A DNA stretch of 64,000 nucleotides, from the NCBI RefSeq assembly GCF_964355755.1, contig NC_092676.1:16944871-17008870 (forward strand), given 5' to 3'. Made by a program: the position numbers and the translations under genes. Source of the DNA: Antedon mediterranea. Lineage: Eukaryota; Animalia; Echinodermata. Numbering within the stretch: the first letter of the stretch is position 1; every line of letters starts with the position of its first letter. Shown in pieces: positions 14,401-26,400 of the stretch. The notes under the pieces are model-generated. The model was given only the letters and a program-made list of their open reading frames with translations, searched no databases and was not told the origin of the DNA.

Positions 14401-17400
14401 GGCTTCAGGAGACCATTTACGTACATTAATAATTTTTGGTTGGCATGTCTTATTTAACGGGCGATATTTAGGACTGAGTAAAATCAAATTATGATCAGAT
14501 TTGCCCAAGTTCGGTAGTGGGGTCGAAATATAGGCATCCTTCACACTAGAGTAGCATAAATCAAGAATCGCGTTGTCCCTCGTTTTACATGTAACATGCT
14601 GATAATAAGTGGCCGTTGTTTTCTTGAGCTTGCATCTGTTGAAATCGCCATTGATAATTACAAGCGCCTCAGGGTGACTACACTCAATACCTTCGATAAT
14701 TTCTGCGATCTCATTTATAGCAGGCTTTTCAAGCTTTTTGTTAGGTATGTATACCATAACATTGATAACATGCGAGAACTCTCTCGGAAGATAGTAGGGG
14801 CGAATACCAACAACCAGCACTTCCGAGTGTGGCGAACATTTATGAAGCTTAAGCGTAGAGTTATTTGGATGACAGTATTTCTCATTAATGTAGAGGCAAA
14901 GACCACCACCGCCATCTTTGTTCGCTTCGGCTGTATGATCCCCACGAACAGATTTAAAGCCAACTACTTGAATATGTTGATCGCTATGCTTATCGCTCAG
15001 GTGGGTTTCCGTGAATGCAAGTAGGCTGGCATTCCTAAAATCGCTGAAGTGTTCGACGTTTGCTCTGAGTAAATCGACTTTGTTATTCAAAGATCTTACA
15101 TTTCAAAATATTAAAGATGGTATAAAAGGCTTACATTTCCTTCGTTGTAGTCGCTTTCTGACCCCACCAGCCTTGCCCCTTTTCCGAAGCCTGCGACGTT
15201 GTATCTCAGATGGTAATTCAACGTGTGCCGGTAGCGGTGAGGTCGACCTCTCGCCCATGGAATGCAAATCAGATGACGTGTACGCAATTCCACCGCCCGG
15301 CTTACTCAATCCACACAGTAAGAACAGCCAAAATATCAGCAAAAAATACAGAAATTTCAAAACTTTCACATACAACATAATGTATAAATCAAATGACTTC
15401 TTCCACAATACAATACAGTCCAAATATACGAAAATAACGTCAAAAAATGAGTAACAATAGAGACAATGAGACGAGCTGTGTCGCCGTGTTGCACAGCGCC
15501 ACTTTATCATGATATAATTCACGTGATATGAAATTATTATATAATTCACGTGATATGGATCACATTTTTATTAAATCCCATACAATATAACTCATCTAAG
15601 AAGGCAAGAGCCCACTTGAGCTTTTTATAATTAACAAACTGCTAAAACATAACAGGTATATAATTATTGCTAAACTGCACAAGTCTAGCAGTGAGTAACA
15701 AATGCAGGTAAATTGGTACCTTGTGAAAGCATATCTACTTTGACCCTACCAACTGATTTGCTTATCAATAATGAGTTTTATTTAATTTAAGAAACTACAT
15801 TGCAAGCTGCTTAAGATTGACCTGAGGCATGAGTGTTTTACCACTTTTCATACTATTTTATTTGATTTTATTTGATTATAAATGTTACCATATTATTAAA
15901 ACTATAAAATGAAACGTATCCCTCGAATAAGCACCTCCCTCAAATGTACTCCGCCTTCCCACCCCCACCATAAGGGCCTACTAAACAATAAACACTATAC
16001 TTACAGTATAGTTTAATTAGTCATCTATACTGTGAAACACAGTAGGTTTAGTTTTACGAATCAAGAATTTCAATAATGGTAACCGACCAAAAACGTCTAG
16101 GCCAGAACGTCTTTCTAAAACCTTTTTACCCGAATCATTATCATTCCGGGAACCATCGTGTGCACTTCCTATAGGGTGAGCTCTAGTATATTAATAATGA
16201 AAGCTTTTGGAAATAAATGGACTCAATCTTCTTTTTTTTTTCAGATTACATCAATAGTCAGTTAAAGAGTGACCCGGAGGTAGCCAGTTACTTACCAATC
16301 TCAGAAAAAAATAAAGATTTATTTGAAAAAGTTAAAGATGGAATTATTTTCTGGTAACTATTATGTAATTTTTATAACCACTAGTCCTTACAGTTTAGTT
16401 ACAGTACCAGAAAACTGAAAACAATAATGTGTTTTCAATGATAATTAAGTGAGCCAATCTGAGCTGCTAAAGAAGGATATCATTAAAAATTCTCCATGTT
16501 TCAGTTTTTTAATCTTTTTTGTCCATTGTACACTATTTTTGTTAAAAATGGGATTAGAGAGGGTAAACCTAATGTAACTGTTAAAGATGTACTATATCCC
16601 CAAAAATCATGAAAAATAAAGATTTATATAATCAGACTTTGAATAGGCAATTTTGTAGTTTTAAATGAAGTTATTCACTTCCATAAGAAACAACAACTTT
16701 CAAAAACAGTTAAATTTAACCAAAAATCCATTGTCTGACTGATAATTTAACTATTTTTTGCTTTTTTCAGGTAAATCATGTTTTGGACAACCCCATTTTT
16801 GGTCAAAGTGAATAATTATGTGACATTAAAATTGCATATTCAACAAATAAATATTTTTTCAGGCGAAAAGATAACATTTCCTCTCCCTGTGGATAGAAAA
16901 CATGTGTCTATATACATGGCTTGGACATGACAAATTTTGCAGACATTCCAATGCCCCTGATTTCTCCTGGAGCCCCCCCCCCCCAAAAAAAAAAATTTTT
17001 ATCTAATCTCCCAAACATTTCAAAGCTATGTATTTAATACATAATACATCCAATTAGCTGCTAAACATACCTGGTGAACATTAAAATGATGCTTGTGAGG
17101 TATTTTGTGATGAAATACATAATCCGTTACAATACAGTATGTACTGTATACCCCCAAAATTGTTGACTTGGGTATTGCAATGCCTGCTTTTGAGAGACGT
17201 AAAAACTTTAGGTGCATTTTGTGTGGTTATGTGAGCTATATAATATCTGTGAAATGTTTATGCAAATAGGACTATAATTAAATCATGAATCTCATCTTTT
17301 TCAGTAAAATGATAAATAATTCAGCACCGGGTACAATTGATGAACGAGCAATAAATAAGAATATGAAGAAGGGGTACAGATATGTGTATTTACGGCATGA

Positions 17401-20400
17401 GAATCTGATTCTTGTTTTAAACTCCGCCTTATCACTTGGCATATCAATTGTTAATATTGGTGCTCAAGATCTGATTGATGGTATACAACATTTGGTGCTA
17501 GGTCTGCTGTGGCAGATTATTAGGGTAAGTAATATTTGGCTTCTTTACAATGTTGATGACTCTTAATGACTTTTCATGTTATTCTTATAAATATTATTAG
17601 GTGATCATTTAGAATAAAAAATGACAAAATGCGCACACTAATTGTACAAAAGTGCTAAAAATGGTAAAAAATAAGGACTTTTTAAAATGAATATAACTCT
17701 TCAGAATGGCAGATGACCCCCAATTTTTTTAACTTATTATGGAAGCCAATAAGTTGTAGATACAAATGTATATACACATTAGACGTACAAAATGGTATGA
17801 CGTCATCAAATGGCCACTTCAATTTAAAAATTAGGAATTTTTATCTTTTTGTGTGGGTTATCACATTCAATAGAGCGCATCTCCGTTATTTGAGCCCGAT
17901 TTTCGCACAACTTTTAGTAGGTGCTTGCTCAATTAATTATTCTTCTAATGAGTTGTCAACATTTTTATTTTGATGACGTCATCACGCGTAAAAACTTGAA
18001 TAACCTAGGTCGTGTAATTTCAGCTACACCATACATTTGAATATCTTATAGCTCTTCAGAATTAAAGGTGACCTTGAAGATTATAACTTATTATGAAAGC
18101 TGATGAAATGTAGATATGAATTCATATTAAAATTAAGCCTATCGGATGTTGTGATGTTATAATATGGCCAGTTGAAGTTAAAAAGTAGTTTTTAAATATC
18201 TTTACTAGTCAAAGTTATACAAATTTCAAATACCGCGCATTGCGCTTCTACGTGTCAAATTTTCTTCCAATCCTTATATTTATTTGCTCAATTCATTATC
18301 TTTCGAAATTGTCATCTTCGAGTTTATTTTGAAAATTCTATCATACCAAAAAATTTGAACACGATATGAGTCCCGTAATTTCACCTATGCTACACTGTAT
18401 ATAGATATACAGTATATTATACTGTACATATTGTATGGCACATAATTGGTAGAACTCGGCACTATATAAGTGTATATGCATCATGTCATAGGATGGCGTA
18501 CATCAACTTTTAACGATCGTATGTTAACGTACATGCATGTTTAAAAAATGTTAATTTTATTAAAATGATAAAAATGATCACCTATAATTCGTCAAAGTGA
18601 CGAATTAAATTCTAGTTTTATATTTATTATTATATTAACCACTCTTTAGATTGGATTGTTTGCTAAAATTGACTTGAACTTGATTCCTGGACTTGTAAGG
18701 TTGTTGAGAGAGGGAGAAGACCCATCAATACTCAAGACATTGTCTCCAGAACAGCTACTTATCCGATGGGTCAACTATCAAATGGAACAAGCAGGTACAT
18801 CACTTAAGAGTAACAGCTTTAATATAATAACTTATTTATAAAAATGTATAATAATATGTTGAGTTTAATAATATTATACAGATATTGCCTGCTTAGAGGT
18901 AAAATATAAGATTTAACATCCCTGAGGGAATGCTATTTTGCTCTCGGAAATACATTTCCCGAAGCGCGGCGCTGATATATATAATATTATTATCAGGTAG
19001 GCCGAATAAATAATAAATTTAACGTTCAGCGCGCGGCGCATGCAAGGTTATTACCATAAGTATTGACCAATCACAAATGGTCTTTCGTTACATCTATAGA
19101 GGGTGAATAACAAATAGAGGCGCTATGTATGCATAGTTTAAATAGTTTAGTTGATTAATTTCTTCAAGCAAGTTACGTGGCGCAGCGGGTAAAACGTTGT
19201 ATCATGATGATGTGGACTAATCTTCGAGAGTTCAAGTCTCAGTAGATGACTTTTGTTTATTTATCGCCAAAGGGTGTGTTGCCACATGAAAATTACACAG
19301 TCAATATCATCATACTCGAGAATTTACTGGATTTTATGTGTTTAATGACAGGGACACAATAATCATGCGAAAATTACTCAGTCAATATAATCGTACTCAA
19401 GAAAATATACGATTTACAATCCTTGCAGCAGTAGTCATGTGATGCAGTTTCAACCACTCACGTTCACGTATTTACATAGGCTATTTAATATAATAGTATA
19501 ATAGCTGCTTATTGTATATGCACATCATTTTAGAAACAACATGTTATTTTCATGCAGCTTATAATATTTAAAAAAAGTAAAATCTTGAGGGTTTTTTTAG
19601 GTGATCCAAGACGTATCACGAACTTCAGTGGAGACATCAAAGACTCTGAAGTTTATATTACCCTGTTGCGGCAGATCTGTCCCAATGATATTAATCTGAA
19701 TCCAGTACCATTAAGTAATGTAAGTCATAATATATTAAAACTATGGCACAGATTGTACAAAGCTGTCTACACTATCAAATTGTATGTGACAAAAAAAATT
19801 TGATGTGCTCATATATGGACATGATGTTATATCACTAGCATACTTGGGCATATCACTACCATATTTGGGCATATCTCACTTTTTTTGTCAAACTAATTTA
19901 ATAGTGTAAACAGAGCTTGTTGATAAAAGGTCTCAGTGACATGGTATTAGTGAAATATGCCTCAGTAGTACAAGGTGGCAGGTTCATACTTCTCCAGAGA
20001 CAAATTAAAAATTTAGTTTATAAACTACGATAGTAACAATTATGAATTCATATCTTTTTGAAATTCTCTTTTGTAGTTTATTTATATATAGACCTACATT
20101 AAAACAAACATAATTTAAATAATTAAACATGGACTGTACACCTACATGTTTCTGTTATAACATTTTCTTGCAACAATTTTGCCATTAAATAGTAATAATC
20201 ACCAAGCACATTAGTTAATTAAAAGGCAGTTTTGCTTTTTGTACAATTTTGTATCCGTTATTTAAAATATCACTAACTCAATTTAGACAAAAATACAGAA
20301 ATGGAATAAAGAAGCTAAGTAATATTTTGAAATAACCAACGTATTATATTATTATCAAATAATGTTATAATTATCTTACATCATAGAGTTTGGAACAAAG

Positions 20401-23400
20401 AGCTGAAAAAATGCTTCAAAATGCCAGCAAAATGAAATGCAGGGCTTTCATTACTCCTAAGGTATGCACCTTTTCTCTCATATTTAATCCATACAAATAT
20501 TGATTTAAAAATTTTTTTTTTTTTGGGAACAATTATTTTTATTATGTTGGCACTGTAACTTATTTAGCCATAAAATTAAAACAAGAAAAAAAGAATACAA
20601 TTTTTGTGTGAACTTTAATGAACCTAGTATCAATGGCATAAAAGGCTATGGGTGCTCACTGGATAAACCCAGAAGCCCTGGAGCTTACAGGGCTCAGGTG
20701 TAAACAACCGGGCATTAAAATATGTCGAAACATTAAAAACAAGTACACAGGTTTGTCACAGGTTGAATTGACGCTAAATACATTCCTCATTACTTTTTAC
20801 ATCGTTTACACCGGCCTACATTTCCCTATTTCTGCATCCCCGGTACAACTCGGATGAACACTGTGTAAAAGGGTATTGTCTGTAAACTTGGTATTCCATT
20901 TTCAGGATGTTGTCAATGGAAATTCTAAATTGAACACTGCATTCGTTGCTAACCTCTTCAACAATTACCCAGCCCTGGATCCACCAGATGAAGATACTGT
21001 AGTTATTGAAGAAACTAGAGAGGAAAAAAGTGAGTTTAGTGACTTGTGTCTTATATATACTATAATAAATTATTATATATAGGCTGGGTAATCATCAGGA
21101 ATAGTCCTGAACAGGGAGATGAGCGTGCCCACCGATGAGTTTCGGGATCCCCTTGACCCGGAGGGAGAGTACCCGTCAGGGTCCCTACCTTGGGTTACAG
21201 GTCTCAGGTTTTTAGTTTTGTTTGGTTTTTTTTTTCTAAATGAATTAGTGTTCCATGACCTTCTCATCAAAATTAATGTCTCTCATTGTTGTGCTATGTC
21301 AACATAATGTCAATGATGGCGAAATGTCCCCAATAATGGGGATAGCTAGGCAAACAAGTAACAAGCAAGACTAATAAAAACACATTACATATTCACCCAT
21401 ATTAGCTTACCACATTTTTCCTAAGGCCTGTCTACACTATCAAACTTTATGTGACAACAAAATGTGATGTGCCCATATATGGACACGATGATGTCATATC
21501 AATACCATATTTGGGCATATCACTACCATATTTGTTTGATAGTGTAGACAAAGCTTTAGAATTCCTTATTGCTGATACCAAACAAGAATGTATACATTTT
21601 TTTCAAACACTAGTGAAATTTATTTTTTCCTGTGCCTATTTTTCTTTCAGCTTATCGAAACTGGATGAACAGTCTTGGTGTGCGGCCATATGTAAACTAT
21701 CTTTATACAGATCTTAATAACGGATTTGTGTTATTCAAGGTAAAACAATTTAGACATTTAAATGTATTACAATTAAAATGACACATCCTTATTTATTTGT
21801 CAAAAACCATTGGTAACCAGTTTGAGCAGAGATTGCCTGGTGGATTATAAAGCCAAATATTTATTAATCTATATCTCCACTCATCAGGGCACTTACTTTT
21901 TATCATGTGACCCACAATCGTCAAATCAAATGACCGGAATCTATTTAGGTGTTATATAATTGAATTTTAATAGTTATATTTTTGTCGGAGATGTTGATAG
22001 GACAATATAAGTGGGTAGACGGAGACTACAATAATTTCAACAAACTTTACATCAAACCATTCAGATTGTATAAACCTTTTTTTCAGCTATTTGATGAAAT
22101 TAAGCCAGGAATAGTTGATTGGAACAAAGTGAACTCATTAGATTCTCTTAAAAAACATGGTGGGCAGATGAAAGCTCTGGAAAACTGCAACTACGCTGTA
22201 GATCTGGGGAAGCAGTTAAAGTTTTCTCTTGTGGGAATTGGGGGTTCAGACATATATAATGGTGTTCAGACACTAACTCTCGGTAAGCTCACTAATTCAT
22301 ATTATGCAGACGTACGTAATATAAAACGTTTTTTTACAAGGAGAAACTTTTTTTTTTTTTTTTCATCTCATTTATTCAATTTCAATTTCTCTTACATAAT
22401 CATACATACGTAAGTTAAAGAGCTCTTAACCATAGTGTAAGCAAAATAATAACTCAATTTGATAACAGATGTTTATCATTGGTTCATATATCTTACGAAT
22501 AGATCACTGATGAGTTGGTATTTATTTTTACATGTTTTGGAAGCAGTCTTCTTTAATGAGATGTGTTTCTCAACCTCTAAAGTAAATTTCATTTTTTGAA
22601 AAAATACATTACAGTCTGGTTTTTTACTGGGTTGTAAGTATCTTGAACAACTCCTCCTTGGTTAGGACAAACTGTCTTCCAAAGAATAGTTGTTCACAAT
22701 CTAAAATAAATCTTGAGGTTACATTACATGACCAGAATAGGTGTTCTATTGTCTCTATTTCTGAATGACAGAAAGTACAGAGTTGACTATCTGCTATACC
22801 CATTAAAAAGAGAAGCCTATTAGTTCCCAATTTATTGTGCCAGAAGCGAAATTGAAAGTTTGTATCTTGGCCTCAGTATCAGTACGAAATGGTGTTTCAA
22901 ATATGTTTTCCCAATTTTCTGGCGTGATATTGAAGCTTAAGCCCCATTTGTCATATACTATTGGAGGTTTAATAATATCGGTAATTAACAAAGAGTAAAT
23001 TAAACGTGACAAATTAATTGTATGGGCTACATTATAGAAGATATGATCGAAATCATTAAAAGGGATATTGTGATCAAATTGCTTCCAATGATTGGGTATA
23101 GCAGCTAATATTCCATAACATGTGATAAAAGGAAAATTAATAAGATTAAATCTATTCAGAAACATGTCATATGGTAGTACTTCCCCATTAAGAAGAAAAA
23201 GATCTTTAATATAAGTAATTCCCACTTTGTATAACCTCTTATGATAAACAGGTGCATTGTCGATTCTGATATTTGTATTGTTCCAGATAATTTGGTTACC
23301 AAAGTTATCCTGTGGTTCAGCATATGTTGCCTTACTCCAAGCAATATAGATATCTTTAATAAATTTGTTACCAACATTTATGACATCCTTTATTATGTAA

Positions 23401-26400
23401 ATTACACCGAAAGAAAGTTCTTTTCCAAATGGAGAAAGAACTTGATCAAAGAACATTTTCCAATAGCCAGTGTTATTCATATTTTTGTATCGTTTAATCC
23501 AGGTCGTTTTTAGAGCATATGCAAAACTTTGAATATGCATAACCTTTAGTCCCCCCTTTATAATGTTGGCGTACATTGTATTCTTTCTAACTTTATCCGG
23601 TTTTCCATTCCAGATGAAATCAAAGATTGCATTCTGGACTTTTTGAATAAATGTTTCCAAAGGATTTGGGAGAACTTGAAATAAGAAAACAAGCTGACTA
23701 ATAGCAAATGTTTTAACAATAATATTTTTACCTATCGGTGAGAGATCTCTCCCACTCCAAATCTTAAGCTGACTCTTTAGTCTAGATAATTTCTGTAGAT
23801 AATTAAGGTGGAATAGGTCATTAACATCATGTGTAAAATTGATACCTAAGCATTTAACTGGACCGTCAGTAACCGTGATACCTGTATCATTTACGTAAGG
23901 CGGATGCTCTGCCACATATGGACCCAATGGAAAGAACTGCGATTTACTGTTGTTCATTTTAAGGCCGGATGATAAGTTAAAGTCATTCAGTAGAGCAATT
24001 AATCTGGTCGTCGAGTTGCAACTAACATCTAAAAAAAACGTCGTATCGTCCGCGTATTGTAAGATTTTAATTTCTCGCCGATACAACATAAATGAAGGAG
24101 TGGCGCTTTTCTCCAAGCTACCGAAGGTGGGTCTCTCGCAGGAGACAGACCATCAGTTTCACCCCTGACTGATCCCATCTTGATTGGGATAATAAGTGTT
24201 CCTGGAAGGTCAGCGTTAAATAGCGGGCAGAAAAGTTAACGAAAAGTTAAAATCAATCTGCAAGCAGTAATTAAAAAGGTGTACTCAAACTAGTCGAACT
24301 TGTGAGGCTTCCCGCCTTTTCCTCTCCAGATGCCCCCGGAAAAGCGAAGTCGAATGCCCTTTTGGTAGAGCTCCTGGACTTTTGACCCCCATTTTCTTTT
24401 TTTCTCTCTATGCAATTTTCGTTTTCCAGTTGGTTCAGACCCACTATTCTGATGTTATTTCTTCTAGAAAATCTTTCCTGTCTATTAATAAGGGCGGCCT
24501 GTTTCAAAACTTCATCCTCCAATGTCGCTACTTTAGTTTCCAGCTTTTTAGTTTTTTCTTTCAAAATATCCTTTTCGGCTGTGAGCTCCTCAACGCTATG
24601 CTTAACATCCCCGATTGCGTCATTGAAATTCCTTTGTAGCGTTGTGATTTCCTTTACTAGCGTGTTACGTAACTTGTCAAGGTTAAGGTTAACATTCGCG
24701 ACAACATCTCGGTCACGGGCGCCCGAGTCGGCGCCTGAGTCCTCGTCTTCGGCTTGCATAAATAAATTCTTTCAATGCTATATATACTACTTATTTTCAG
24801 GTATGGTGTGGCAGTTAATGAGAGCATACACCTTGTCTCTGTTACAAAAGCTTTCTGGTGGATCTGATGTTATCAAGGATTGTGATATTGTCTCGTGGGT
24901 GAATGAAAAGGTAAGCTGACAAGCAGGTAAACAATTATTTAATCGTATTTGCCTATAATGTATAGCACCCTCTATAACTTTTAGATCAACTTGAAAATAT
25001 TTGCAATTCATTAAAACGATTTTTTAGCACAACATGCGCCCTCTATATGTGTAAATATCATCTGGAAATTTTTATTTCGACTTGTGCCCTTTATCATTAT
25101 GTTATAATCATTTCGACCAAAGTTGTATTATTAGCTATAATGGTGCAAAACATCCACCAGTTACCCAAATTTTATCCACCTCAATTGGGCAATATCGTGT
25201 TCATCATAATACGCGCAAAAACAATTTTTTATTTACAGAAAAATTAGTTTTTATCATTGAATTTACAAAAAAACAGGAAATCCAAAATCGCTCTAATGGC
25301 GTCACATTAATATTCAAATTAGCTTTTATTTACTCCCAACCGTAGACCAACTATTTGCCCATCACACAAAATTATCTCATTTAGTATTTTTTGCAATTTA
25401 TTAAAATCACATAAATATTACGCATAGGTGCAGTGAAAGGGTACAACAAGAGATTACTGACATCCACCACCACAGGCCCGTATGCAGCATTTATAATGGG
25501 GGGGTGCGAGCGAAGCGAGCAACAATGGCTGGGGGCCAGGGGGCCGCCAAGACGTTCTAAAGACTGATGTAAGACTCTCTGTTGTGGCTTGGGCTAGTTG
25601 AACGATGGACACCAGAACTTAACGCTTTCATGATGAGGCCAACTCAGCAGGGGTGGCGCCAGGATCATCCCGACGCGGGGGCTACATTCCCCGACGAGGG
25701 GGCTATGCGAGCGAAGCGAGCATCCATCACTAGGCTGAGGGCCAGGGGCCGCCAAGGGCCCCCGGTGGGGGTCCAGGGGGCGAAGCCCCCGGAAGCAACG
25801 CGTTCTAGCGTCATTTGAGGTCTTTTTAATCAGATTTAGGGTAGCCATTTTTTCCATTTTTTATAATGCATAAATAAAATACTGCGTGCAAAAAAACGAT
25901 GCGCGATGACTGTTTCAATCTATATTTTTCAATTTAAAAAATAAAAGTTCAAAGAAAATTTAGAAAAATAGAGTTGGAGGTCCCGGAAATTGGACTTATT
26001 ATACTTCAAAACATGAAAAAAAATATATATAAGTCCCTATCATGGGTTGTGACTGAGCTAAGAAATGTTTGAAAAATAGAGATGTTAGGTCCCGGAAAAT
26101 GTACTTCTTGTTCTTCGAAATATGACCAGCTTTATTGTTGGGGCTGAGCTAAGAAAATGTTTAAAACTAGAGCTGCAGGTCTTCAAAAAATTGCATTTTA
26201 TACTTTGGAAACATCAGGCCTAGAGGCTTAAAAAACGCAAGCGTAGACCTTTTTCAGTCGGGGAAAAAAGTTTATTCCTCCCAGGTGTATGCATGCGTAC
26301 CATCTGGACTTCCGAGTGGTGAGAAATTCATGACATACAGGATATTGAAAATGTAATAACTATAGCTATAATGTTGGCTAAGCGAAAATGGCAGTTTTTT

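Noticed and set aside
24410-24919. 169-aa + strand ORF suggesting an extended plastin exon
   Set aside because: It is the antisense of LINE ORF1 running in frame into the real exon, which has its own acceptor at 24800
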